The notes under the pieces: generated by a model
What the model was told of the DNA's origin: nothing
What the model saw: only the letters and a program-made list of their open reading frames with translations
Database searches by the model: none
Program-made: the position numbers and the translations under genes
Source: Elusimicrobiales bacterium
GTDB lineage: Bacteria > Elusimicrobiota > Elusimicrobia > Elusimicrobiales > UBA9959
Assembly (NCBI GenBank): GCA_050174915.1
Contig: JBFXJL010000002.1
Coordinates: 195,626 to 259,625 of the forward strand
Length of the DNA stretch: 64,000 nucleotides
Direction of reading: 5' to 3'
Shown: in pieces, positions 43,360 to 51,870 of the stretch
Position numbering within the stretch: the stretch's first letter is position 1
How the letters are laid out: each line of letters opens with the position of its first letter

Positions 43360-44505
43360 GGGGACGCTGATGACTATATGACTATTTGCAGGTGTTCCGG
43401 GTTTTATTGGCCTTCCTGTTCTAAAAATTTAAAAAACAACAAAATTTACCCCGACAATACGGTGTCGGGGACGTCTGCTATTCTATTCTTACGGGAAGAA
43501 GGGGGGGGATATGCCCAGACAAGCGAGAATAGACGTGCCGGGACAGGTTTATCATGTAATGTCGCGCGGTATAGAGCGCGGCAGTATCTTCCTCAGCGAA
43601 GACGATTATGTGGACTTCCGGGAGCGCATCGGCGTATGGCTTAACAAGTCTGGGGCCAAATGCCTCGCTTGGTGCCTTATGCCGAATCACTTCCACTTCC
43701 TCGTCTTGCGGGGCGAGCGGCCGCTTTCGGAACTGATGCATCATGCTATGACCGGCTATGCCATTAATTTTAACCTAAGGCATCACCGCGCCGGGCACTT
43801 ATTCCAGAATAGGTATAAGGCCATCATCTGTGACCTTGAGGAATACTTCATGGAAGTTGTGCCGTATATACACCTCAATCCGCTGCGCGCGAATCTGGTG
43901 GAAGACCTGGACGGCCTTGCCGCCTACAAATGGTGCGGCCATTGCGCGGCGGTCAGCGGAGTTGAGGATGGAATCCTTAACAGGGACGCGCTTTTATGGC
44001 ACCTTGGGGACAGTGAGGGGGCGGCGGTCGCCAGGTACATGCAGGTTATGCGTGAAAAAGCGGAAGAAATGCGCCAGAAGGATCTCTCCGGAGGCGGACT
44101 ATTGCGCAGCCTGGGCGGGAAAGGCGCCGTTCTGAGGGCTATGCGGGCCGGGGAAAAGGTTTTGTTCGACCAGAGGATACTCGGAGAGGGGGATTTTGTG
44201 GCGGCCGTACTGAGGACCGCCGGCGAAGCCATGCAGAAAGCGAAGAAAAGCCGCGCGGAAGTACTGGGCGAGGTCGCGGCGGCCACCGGCATATCCCGCG
44301 AGGACATTTTAAGGCGTACCCGGGAACGCGGCCCCGCCAGCGCGCGGGCAATTTATTGCTACCTGTGCCGGGAGGCGGCTGGCGGTTCAGCCGTGGAATT
44401 GACTGGTGAATTGGGAATAACGCAGAGCGCCGTCTCAAAGTTGGCGTCCAAAGGGCGTATACTGGCCGAAAGAATGAAAATAGTCATATAGTCATCAGCG
44501 TCCCC
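43360..44505 (+). mobile_element. RAYT-type element: Y1 transposase gene bounded by perfect 28-bp inverted REP-like repeats
   Basis: The left end GGGGACGCTGATGACTATATGACTATTT (43360-43387) is the exact reverse complement of 44478-44505. A subterminal hairpin CCCCGACA/TGTCGGGG (43449-43470) lies inside the left end. Confidence 0.8.
43511..44491 (+). CDS. REP-associated tyrosine (Y1/HUH) transposase, IS200-like fold, with C-terminal DnaA-domain-IV-like HTH
   Basis: 326 aa. YHVMSRG, the HUH motif LMPNHFHFLV, HLFQNRYKA (catalytic Tyr) and PYIHLNPLRA match COG1943/RayT. The C-terminal ARAIYCYLCRE..GGSAVELTGELGITQSAVSKL resembles the DnaA C-terminal HTH. The stop lies inside the right repeat. Confidence 0.8.
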   Translation: MPRQARIDVPGQVYHVMSRGIERGSIFLSEDDYVDFRERIGVWLNKSGAKCLAWCLMPNHFHFLVLRGERPLSELMHHAMTGYAINFNLRHHRAGHLFQNRYKAIICDLEEYFMEVVPYIHLNPLRANLVEDLDGLAAYKWCGHCAAVSGVEDGILNRDALLWHLGDSEGAAVARYMQVMREKAEEMRQKDLSGGGLLRSLGGKGAVLRAMRAGEKVLFDQRILGEGDFVAAVLRTAGEAMQKAKKSRAEVLGEVAAATGISREDILRRTRERGPASARAIYCYLCREAAGGSAVELTGELGITQSAVSKLASKGRILAERMKIVI

Positions 44506-44529
44506 TCCATATTTAATATAATTGAATAT

Positions 44530-45159
44530 ATGGAGTGGATTTTACAGCTTCCGGTGCTGTTTTTTTCGGTCGTTTTCCATGAATTCGCGCACGGCTACAT
44601 GGCCTACAGGCGCGGGGACGACACCGCTTATCTTTCAGGCCGGCTCTCTTTTAACCCCCTGCCGCATATAGACCCCGTGGGGACAATATTGCTGCCGGCG
44701 GCCTGCATTTTCATGAATTTCCCTGCTATAGGCTGGGCTAAGCCGGTGCCGGTGAACCCCTACCGCATGCACAGTCCCAAGAGCGACATGGCCTGGGTGG
44801 CCCTCAGCGGCCCGCTGTCCAATATCACCCTGGCCCTGCTGGCCGCGGTCAGCTTTAAACTGGTGGCGATGTTCATGGGCGGTGACTTGGCCTATACGCT
44901 GCTGCGCATGCTGGGTTTTGCCGTGGTGATAAATCTGCTGCTGGCCGTCTTTAACATGATACCGGTGTTCCCGCTGGATGGCAGCCAAGTGGCTATGGGC
45001 GTGCTGAAGGGCCGGGCCCTTGAAATTTACGAGAAACACCTGCCTTACGGCATGTATATCATAATCGGCCTGGTGGTCACCGGGGCCCTGCAGGTGATAC
45101 TGCGGCCGCTGCTGAACCTGGCCATGCTGGTGTTCGCGCCTATAATGGGAGCCTTCTGA
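44530..45159 (+). CDS. M50 site-2 protease family membrane metalloprotease
   Basis: 209 aa. HEFAHGY zinc motif in TM1, a NxxPxxPLDG motif (NMIPVFPLDG), and multiple TM helices. Confidence 0.75.
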   Translation: MEWILQLPVLFFSVVFHEFAHGYMAYRRGDDTAYLSGRLSFNPLPHIDPVGTILLPAACIFMNFPAIGWAKPVPVNPYRMHSPKSDMAWVALSGPLSNITLALLAAVSFKLVAMFMGGDLAYTLLRMLGFAVVINLLLAVFNMIPVFPLDGSQVAMGVLKGRALEIYEKHLPYGMYIIIGLVVTGALQVILRPLLNLAMLVFAPIMGAF

Positions 45160-45161
45160 CT

Positions 45162-46298
45162 ATGAACGACGAAAAAAAAGCAGTGGTGGTTTCCGGCGCC
45201 AGGCCTACCGGCCGGCTGCACCTGGGCAATTATTGGGGCACCCTCAAGAATTGGGTGGAGCTGCAGAGCAAGTTCAACTGCTATTTCTTCGTGGCCGACT
45301 GGCACGCGCTGACCACCGGCGCCGACAAGAGCGAAAATATTTCCGCCAATACGAAAGAAATGGTGCTGGACTGGATGGCACTGGGTCTGGACCCTGCTAA
45401 ATGTGTCTTTTTTCGCCAGTCCGACGTTAAAGAGCACGCGGAGCTGGCGCTGCTGCTGGGCATGGTGACGCCAATCAGCTGGCTGCTGCGCAATCCCACT
45501 TTCAAGGACCAGCTGCAGGAGCTGCATAAGCAGAAGTACAAAGGCCAGGAAGACAAGATGAAGCAGGCCGAGGGCGTGACCAAGCAGCTCGCCGAGGCCC
45601 ATGGCCACGACGCCGGTGAACTGGCGCTGCATTCCGACATGGCGACGCTCGGCTTCCTGGGTTATCCCGTGCTGCAGGCCGCGGACATCATGCTTTACGA
45701 CGCCAAGTTCGTGCCGATAGGTAAGGACCAGCTACCGCACCTGGAACTGTCCCGCGATATTGCCCGCCGCTTTAACCACATGTTCGGCGCACCGGTGCTG
45801 ACGGAGCCCGAGCCGCTGTTTACCAGCTCGCCGGTAGTGCCTGGGATTGACGGTCGGAAAATGTCCAAGTCCTACGGAAACACTATCTTCCTCGGAGAAG
45901 AGCCCCAGGACCTGGAGGCCAAGATTAAGAAGATGTATACCGACCCGCTCAAGGTGAAGGCGGATTCTCCCGGCCACCCCGAGGGCTGCGTGGTTTGCGC
46001 TTTCCATAAGCTTTACGATAAGCATGACTCTCCGGACTGGGATGCCAGAGTCAGGGACTGCCGCGACGGGAAGTTGGGGTGTGGGCTCTGTAAGAAGCAG
46101 CTGTTGGAGAGGATGGAGTATTATATCGGCGGATTCAGGGTTGCCCGCAAAGCCCTGGCTTCTTCCGTGGATGTAGATAAGATACTTGCTGACGGAGCGC
46201 AGAAGGCGCGCGCCACCGCATCTGCCAAGATGGCCGCGGCTTCGAAAGCTGCAGGATTAATAGATAATCCTTTCCAGGGCCGTGTAATTAGAGACTGA
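45162..46298 (+). CDS. trpS: tryptophan--tRNA ligase
   Basis: 378 aa. HIGH-type PTGRLHLGNYWG, the KMSKS motif, GYPVLQAADI, and an inserted ~45-aa segment. Confidence 0.9.
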   Translation: MNDEKKAVVVSGARPTGRLHLGNYWGTLKNWVELQSKFNCYFFVADWHALTTGADKSENISANTKEMVLDWMALGLDPAKCVFFRQSDVKEHAELALLLGMVTPISWLLRNPTFKDQLQELHKQKYKGQEDKMKQAEGVTKQLAEAHGHDAGELALHSDMATLGFLGYPVLQAADIMLYDAKFVPIGKDQLPHLELSRDIARRFNHMFGAPVLTEPEPLFTSSPVVPGIDGRKMSKSYGNTIFLGEEPQDLEAKIKKMYTDPLKVKADSPGHPEGCVVCAFHKLYDKHDSPDWDARVRDCRDGKLGCGLCKKQLLERMEYYIGGFRVARKALASSVDVDKILADGAQKARATASAKMAAASKAAGLIDNPFQGRVIRD

Positions 46299-46300
46299 TT

Positions 46301-47092
46301 ATGAGCGCCATAGACATACACCTGGAGAATTTCGAAGGTCCGCTGGACCTTCTGATGCACCTCATCAAGAAGAACAATCTTGATATTTACGACATCCCGA
46401 TCTCGCAGATCACGGCCGAGTACCTGCAGTACCTCGAGGTGATGAAGAGCCTCAACCTCGACGTGGCCGGCGATTTTCTGGTGATGGCCGCCACTCTGAT
46501 GCAGATCAAGGCCAAGATGCTGCTGCCCGCGCCCGAAGCGGCCGACGGCGAGAACGGCCCCGACCCGCGCGGCGCGCTGGTGAGCATGCTCGAGGAATAC
46601 CAGCGCTACAAGGAAGCCTCCAAGGAGATGAATACCCGCTTCTCCAAGTTCAAGGACGCCTTCTACCGCGGCTCGCCGGTGTTCACCAGCGAGGAGAAGT
46701 ACCTGGACCTGGATTTCTACGCGCTGATGGACGCGGTCAAGCGCGCCTTCGAACGCGCCGAGCCCAGCCGCGAGGTGGAGGCCGACCAGTTCCCCATCGA
46801 GTCGCGCGTGGCCAAGATCGAGAAGATGCTGGAAGGCCGCGACTGGCTGATCCTCGACGAGATCTTCGCCTCGGAGAAGAAACGCCTGGGCGTGATCACC
46901 TGCTTCATGGCCCTGCTCGAACTCATCAAGCAGCACAAGATCGTGGTGTCGCAGGACGAGGCCTACTCTGAAGTGCGCATTTACCCGGCGCCGGTCTCCG
47001 TGCCCGCTCCCGAGCCCGCCGCGCCGGAGCAGCCCGCCGCCGCCGCGCCGCAGCCGGAGAGCCCGGAGCCGCCGCCCGGTTCCCTGAATTGA
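46301..47092 (+). CDS. scpA: segregation and condensation protein A
   Basis: 263 aa. FEGPLDLLMHLIKKNNLDIYDIPISQIT ScpA N-terminus. Pro/Ala-rich tail. Confidence 0.85.
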   Translation: MSAIDIHLENFEGPLDLLMHLIKKNNLDIYDIPISQITAEYLQYLEVMKSLNLDVAGDFLVMAATLMQIKAKMLLPAPEAADGENGPDPRGALVSMLEEYQRYKEASKEMNTRFSKFKDAFYRGSPVFTSEEKYLDLDFYALMDAVKRAFERAEPSREVEADQFPIESRVAKIEKMLEGRDWLILDEIFASEKKRLGVITCFMALLELIKQHKIVVSQDEAYSEVRIYPAPVSVPAPEPAAPEQPAAAAPQPESPEPPPGSLN

Positions 47093-47114
47093 ATTTTAAC
47101 TTTAGCGAGGTAAT

Positions 47115-48023
47115 ATGGAAGACGTAGAACTGAAAAAAGTGCTCGAGACCCTGCTCTTCATCACCGACGCGCCGCTGCCGGTGACCCGCATCGCCCAGCT
47201 GTGCGAGATCCGCAACAAGGAGCGCCTCGAAGGCGCCCTGCAGGAACTGCGCAAGACCTACGACGACGAGGGCCGCACGCTGCAGGTGATGCAGGTGGCC
47301 GGCGGCTGGCAGCTGGCCACCCGCCCCGAATACGGCATCTGGGTGCGCAAACTCTTCCACAATAAAATGACGGTGCGCCTGACGCAGGCCGCGCTGGAAA
47401 CCCTCTGCATCATCGCCTACAAGCAGCCGCTCACCCGAGGCGACATAGAGGCCATCCGCGGCGTGGAAGTGATAGGCCCGCTGGACACGCTGACGCAGCG
47501 CAGGCTGATCACCGTGGTGGGCCGCCGCGAGAGCATAGGCCGCCCCATCCTTTACGGCACCACCAGCGAATTCCTGCGCCAGTTCGGCCTGAACTCGCTA
47601 GACGACCTGCCCAAACTGGAGAGCTTCAATATCGAGAACATGGCCGCCGCCGCGCAGAGCACCGCCGTGGAACTGATAGAGCAGGATTCCATGCCGGAGC
47701 CGGTGGCCGAAGGCGCGCCCCCGCAGGACCCGGCCCAGGCCGCCCTGGAAGGCGACGCTTTTGCCGCCGAAGAAACCGTGGGTGAAGCCCTGCCCGAATT
47801 GCCCGCCGACGAGGAGACGCCGGCCGAAACCGAAGTTCAGGCTGAAACTGAACCGGTGATCGAGCCCGCGCCTGAAACCGAAGCCGCTCCCGAAACGGCC
47901 CCCGAGCCGTCCGAAGAAATTATGCAGGAGCCGCCCGTAGAAGAGCCGGCGCCCGAAGCCCCCGTGGAGGCCGCCGTGGCCGAGCCCGAGGCCGCCCCGG
48001 AAGAGCCAAAGGACAACCTTTAA
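47115..48023 (+). CDS. scpB: segregation and condensation protein B with long acidic Pro/Glu/Ala-rich tail
   Basis: 302 aa. Tandem wHTH ScpB core (LEALLF-like LETLLFITDAPL; AYKQPLTRGDIEAIRGV) followed by a ~110-aa low-complexity tail. Confidence 0.85.
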   Translation: MEDVELKKVLETLLFITDAPLPVTRIAQLCEIRNKERLEGALQELRKTYDDEGRTLQVMQVAGGWQLATRPEYGIWVRKLFHNKMTVRLTQAALETLCIIAYKQPLTRGDIEAIRGVEVIGPLDTLTQRRLITVVGRRESIGRPILYGTTSEFLRQFGLNSLDDLPKLESFNIENMAAAAQSTAVELIEQDSMPEPVAEGAPPQDPAQAALEGDAFAAEETVGEALPELPADEETPAETEVQAETEPVIEPAPETEAAPETAPEPSEEIMQEPPVEEPAPEAPVEAAVAEPEAAPEEPKDNL

Positions 48024-48029
48024 GCCCTG

Positions 48030-49025
48030 ATGCCAGAAATAAGAAAAGACCCCGTCTTCGGCCGCTGGGTCATCATAGCCTCGGAGCGCGGCCTGCGCCC
48101 CAACGAGTTCCGGCCCGGCGCCGGGCCGGACGGCAAGAGCTATGTCTGCCCGTTCTGCGCCGGCAACGAGGACCTGACCCCGCCTACCATCTATTCCCTG
48201 CCCGACGAGAGGGGTTCCTGGCGTCTGCGCGTGGTGCGCAACAAGTACCCGGCCCTGACGGCCGAGAGCGCCGCCGGCAACCGCCGTGACGGCATCTACG
48301 ACAGCATGGACGGCATGGGCTTCCACGAGGTGGTCATAGAGACCCCCGAGCACGACCGCGTGCTGGAGTCCATGCCCGCGGAGGCCGTGGCCGACGTGGT
48401 GCGCACTTTCGTGCTGCGCCTGCGCGAAATAAAAAAAGACCCGCGCATAAAGTACGTGATGATCTTTAAGAACCACGGCCGCAACGCCGGGGCGAGCCTG
48501 CTGCACCCGCATTCGCAGATCATCGCCATGCCCATGGCGCCGCTGCGCGTGCTGCAGGAGATCGAGGGCGCGGCCGAGTACCACCTCGAGCGCGGCACCT
48601 GCGTGTTCTGCGACATCGTCAAAGAGGAGCAGGCCTTCAAGCGGCGCGTGGTGGCCGAGAACGCCGACTTCCTGGCCGTCACGCCCTACGCCAGCCGCTT
48701 CTCCTTCGAGACCTGGATACTGCCCAAGGCGCATAACAGCCATTTCGAGGACATGCCGGGCGCCCAGGCGCAGCCGCTGGCCGAGATCGTGAAGACCGTG
48801 CTCACCAAGCTCTCGGCCTCGCTGCCCGACCTGTCCTACAACCTGATCGTGCATACCATGCCGCCGCAGGACCCCGCGGCCGGCCATTACCACTGGCACA
48901 TAGAGATCATGCCCAAGCTGACCCACGTGGCCGGCTTCGAATGGGGTACCGGTTTTTATATCAACACGGTGTCCCCGGAGGACGCCGCCGACATTCTGAA
49001 CTCCGGGAAGAGATACAAGGTTTAG
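48030..49025 (+). CDS. galT: galactose-1-phosphate uridylyltransferase family (HIT branch) enzyme
   Basis: 331 aa. Zn site CPFCAGNE and the active-site HPHSQ motif. Confidence 0.8.
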   Translation: MPEIRKDPVFGRWVIIASERGLRPNEFRPGAGPDGKSYVCPFCAGNEDLTPPTIYSLPDERGSWRLRVVRNKYPALTAESAAGNRRDGIYDSMDGMGFHEVVIETPEHDRVLESMPAEAVADVVRTFVLRLREIKKDPRIKYVMIFKNHGRNAGASLLHPHSQIIAMPMAPLRVLQEIEGAAEYHLERGTCVFCDIVKEEQAFKRRVVAENADFLAVTPYASRFSFETWILPKAHNSHFEDMPGAQAQPLAEIVKTVLTKLSASLPDLSYNLIVHTMPPQDPAAGHYHWHIEIMPKLTHVAGFEWGTGFYINTVSPEDAADILNSGKRYKV

Positions 49026-49034
49026 GGAGGCCCC

Positions 49035-50492
49035 ATGAAGATCCTTATCGCCGCCAGCGAAGCGTTCCCGTTCTGCAAGACCGGCGGGCTCGCCGACGTG
49101 ACCGGCGCGCTCGCGCAGGTGTTCGCCCGCACGCCCGACGCCGAGATCGTGCTGTTCCTGCCGCGCTACCGCAACGTGGGCGGGGGGGCTTTCTCGCCCA
49201 AGGCCTGCGGCGGCAGCTTCCTCATCCCGGTGGGCAACCGCGTGGAGACCGCCACCATGAGCCGCGTGCAGTGGGGCAAGGCGGCCGTCTACTTCATCGA
49301 GAACCCCAAGTATTTCGACCGCCCCGGCATGTACCGCACCGCCGCCGGCGACTACGAGGACAACGACGAGCGCTTCCTCTTCTTCTCCCGCGCCGTGCTG
49401 GAAGGCGCCAAGTTCATCGGCTTCAAACCCGACGTCATCCATTGCCACGACTGGCAGACCGGCCTGGTGCCCGCCTACCTGCGCACGCTCTACAAGATAG
49501 ACTCTTTCTTCGCCAAGACGGCCAGCGTGTTCACCATCCATAACATAGCCTACCAGGGCATGTTCCCCAAGGAGACGCTGCTCAAGGCCGGCTTCTCCTG
49601 GCTGGATTTCACGCCGGAGAAACTGGAGTACTACGGCGGCGTGAATTACATGAAGTCCGCTCTGGTCTTCTCCGACCTGATCACCACCGTCAGCCCCACT
49701 TACGCCAGCGAGATCCAGTACCGCCCCGAGTTCGGCCACGGCATGGAGGGCCTGCTCAAGCACCGCACCTCCGACCTGTTCGGCATCCTCAACGGCATCG
49801 ACGAGGAGATCTGGGACCCCGCTACCGACACTTTCCTCGAGCGCGGCTACGAGCTCAAGAGTTTCCAGCGCGGCAAGGCCGCCTGCAAGAAGGCGCTGCA
49901 GAAGGAACTCGGCCTGGAAGAGAACAAGGACATGATCCTGGCCGGCGTGGTCAGCCGCCTGGACCACCAGAAGGGCCTGGACACGCTGCTGCGCGTCGCC
50001 CCTGAATTCACGGACAAGATGCAGTTCGTGGTGCTGGGCGCCGGCGACCCGGGCCTGGCCGACGGTTTCACGGCGCTGGCCGCCGCCAACCCCAAACAGG
50101 TGGCTTTCCGCACCGGCATGGACGAGGCCCTGGCGCACAAGATCTACGGCGCCGCCGACATCTTCGTGATGCCGTCGCGCTTCGAGCCCTGCGGCCTCAG
50201 CCAGATGATCTCTATGCGCTACGGCGCGCTGCCGGTGGTCACCCGCACCGGCGGCCTTAAGGATACCGTCTTCTACAACGGCGAGCCCAAGGATTCCAAC
50301 GGCTTCGCCATCGACCAGGCCGACGAAGGCCAGTTGAAGTCCGTGCTGGGCCACATAGTGTCGCTGTACGGGTGGCGAGAGAACTGGAACCTGATGGTGC
50401 GCAACGCCATGCGCGGCGACTATGCCTGGCACAAGTCGGCCGAGGCCTACATCAAGCTCTTCAACATAGCCGTCCAGCGCCGCCAACTCTGA
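49035..50492 (+). CDS. glgA: glycogen synthase (GT5)
   Basis: 485 aa. MKILIAASEAFPFCKTGGLADV N-terminus and the C-terminal PSRFEPCGLSQM motif. Confidence 0.9.
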   Translation: MKILIAASEAFPFCKTGGLADVTGALAQVFARTPDAEIVLFLPRYRNVGGGAFSPKACGGSFLIPVGNRVETATMSRVQWGKAAVYFIENPKYFDRPGMYRTAAGDYEDNDERFLFFSRAVLEGAKFIGFKPDVIHCHDWQTGLVPAYLRTLYKIDSFFAKTASVFTIHNIAYQGMFPKETLLKAGFSWLDFTPEKLEYYGGVNYMKSALVFSDLITTVSPTYASEIQYRPEFGHGMEGLLKHRTSDLFGILNGIDEEIWDPATDTFLERGYELKSFQRGKAACKKALQKELGLEENKDMILAGVVSRLDHQKGLDTLLRVAPEFTDKMQFVVLGAGDPGLADGFTALAAANPKQVAFRTGMDEALAHKIYGAADIFVMPSRFEPCGLSQMISMRYGALPVVTRTGGLKDTVFYNGEPKDSNGFAIDQADEGQLKSVLGHIVSLYGWRENWNLMVRNAMRGDYAWHKSAEAYIKLFNIAVQRRQL

Positions 50493-50502
50493 CCGAATAA
50501 AG

Positions 50503-50539
50503 GTGACACACAACTTAATTGAATTAAGTTGTGTGTCAC
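50503..50539. repeat. 37-bp perfect palindrome
   Basis: GTGACACACAACTTAATT-G-AATTAAGTTGTGTGTCAC. No U-tract follows on either strand. Confidence 0.8.
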
Positions 50540-50614
50540 TGTAATTGAGGGCCTATTTGCGCCTGGGCCTATGGGCCCTCGCGGCCGTTCGCCGTTTAAG
50601 CGATAATTATATAG

Positions 50615-51811
50615 ATGCGCAAATACATCATGAGTTGCTTCTATGCTCTGCTGCTGGCCCTGCCTTTAGTTAATGCCGGCGCGCAGACCATCCCCTTCTT
50701 CCCGCTCGACGGCGCCCCCGAGGCGCCGGCCGTGCCCGCGCCGCAGATTTCCACAACCGCTTTCATTCCCCTCGAGATCCCCGATTTCGCCTTCTCCGGC
50801 CAGGCCGACATAGAGGCCCTGCTGGAAAGCGCCATCCGCGGTTCTAAAAAATCGGTAGAGGTGGCCCTCTACGGCTTTACCCTGCCCCGCGTGGCGCAGG
50901 CCCTGGTGGACGCCAAAGAGCGCGGCGTGGCCGTGCATGTGCTGGTTAACGAGTCGCATGTTCATACCGCCAGGATCAGCGAGCAGCTGGAGCTCCTGAT
51001 AGATAAAGGCTTGGACGTGCGCACGCTGCGCGGCGTGGGCAACTATGGCATCATGCACAACAAGCTGGGCATCTACGACGGCAAAATGGTGTCGGCCGGC
51101 TCTTTTAACTGGGCCGTTACCGCCAACTTGGCCAACAGCGAGAACATCGTTTTCAGCCGCGACAAGGGCGTGGTGGCCGGCTACCGCAAGTATTTCGCCT
51201 GGATGTGGGGCTACGCCAGGCCGGTCAGCCAGGGCCCGGGCCAGGCCATAAACAGCTACGGCAAGCCGCCGGAAGACCCGGCCAGGACCATTTTCTATAA
51301 CGGCGCGCTGCTGCCGGCCTATTCCTTCTCGCCGGCCGGCCGCACCGAGGCCGACATCCTCAACGCCATCAATTTCACCCGCGAGAGCGCCGACATCGCG
51401 GTCTTCAGTTTCTACTCGCTGGACATTGGCAACGCGGTGGTGAACGCGCACAAGCGCGGCGTGAAGGTGCGGGTGCTGGTGGACAGGGTGCAGGCCAGCC
51501 AGTCCGAAGTGGGGGCGCTGCTGATCAAGAACGGCGTGCCTTTCCGCTGGAGCCAGGGCTACGCCGGCAAGGGCGTAATGCACAACAAGTTCGCCGTGCT
51601 GGACTCTAAGCTGCTGATGACCGGCTCTTTCAACTGGTCGGTGAACGCGCAGCAGAATAATTTCGAGAACATGTTCAATACCGCCGACAAGGCCTATACC
51701 GCGGCCTTCGCCGCGCAGTTCGAGCGGCTCTTCACGGCCGCCGAAACCCCCACTTCAGCCGACCTCGAGAAAGCCCGCCTGCAGTATCAGAGCGCCGTAG
51801 CCGAGAGATAA
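50615..51811 (+). CDS. secreted phospholipase D-family protein (two HKD motifs)
   Basis: 398 aa with a signal peptide. HNKLGIYDG...GSFNW and HNKFAVLDS...GSFNW. Confidence 0.8.
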   Translation: MRKYIMSCFYALLLALPLVNAGAQTIPFFPLDGAPEAPAVPAPQISTTAFIPLEIPDFAFSGQADIEALLESAIRGSKKSVEVALYGFTLPRVAQALVDAKERGVAVHVLVNESHVHTARISEQLELLIDKGLDVRTLRGVGNYGIMHNKLGIYDGKMVSAGSFNWAVTANLANSENIVFSRDKGVVAGYRKYFAWMWGYARPVSQGPGQAINSYGKPPEDPARTIFYNGALLPAYSFSPAGRTEADILNAINFTRESADIAVFSFYSLDIGNAVVNAHKRGVKVRVLVDRVQASQSEVGALLIKNGVPFRWSQGYAGKGVMHNKFAVLDSKLLMTGSFNWSVNAQQNNFENMFNTADKAYTAAFAAQFERLFTAAETPTSADLEKARLQYQSAVAER

Positions 51812-51826
51812 CCCGGCCCGCGCAAT

Positions 51827-51855
51827 AAAAAAGGGAGGCCCTCGCCTCCCTTTTT
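51827..51855. terminator. bidirectional intrinsic terminator
   Basis: A6-GGGAGGC-CCTC-GCCTCCC-T5, lying between the convergent PLD and RND genes. Confidence 0.7.
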
Positions 51856-51870
51856 CATTTGCCTGCCGCG

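Noticed and set aside
47598-50513. 971-aa minus-strand ORF
   Set aside because: It lies antisense to scpB, galT and glgA, all of which have clear family motifs. The translation is G/A/V/H/L-rich nonsense.
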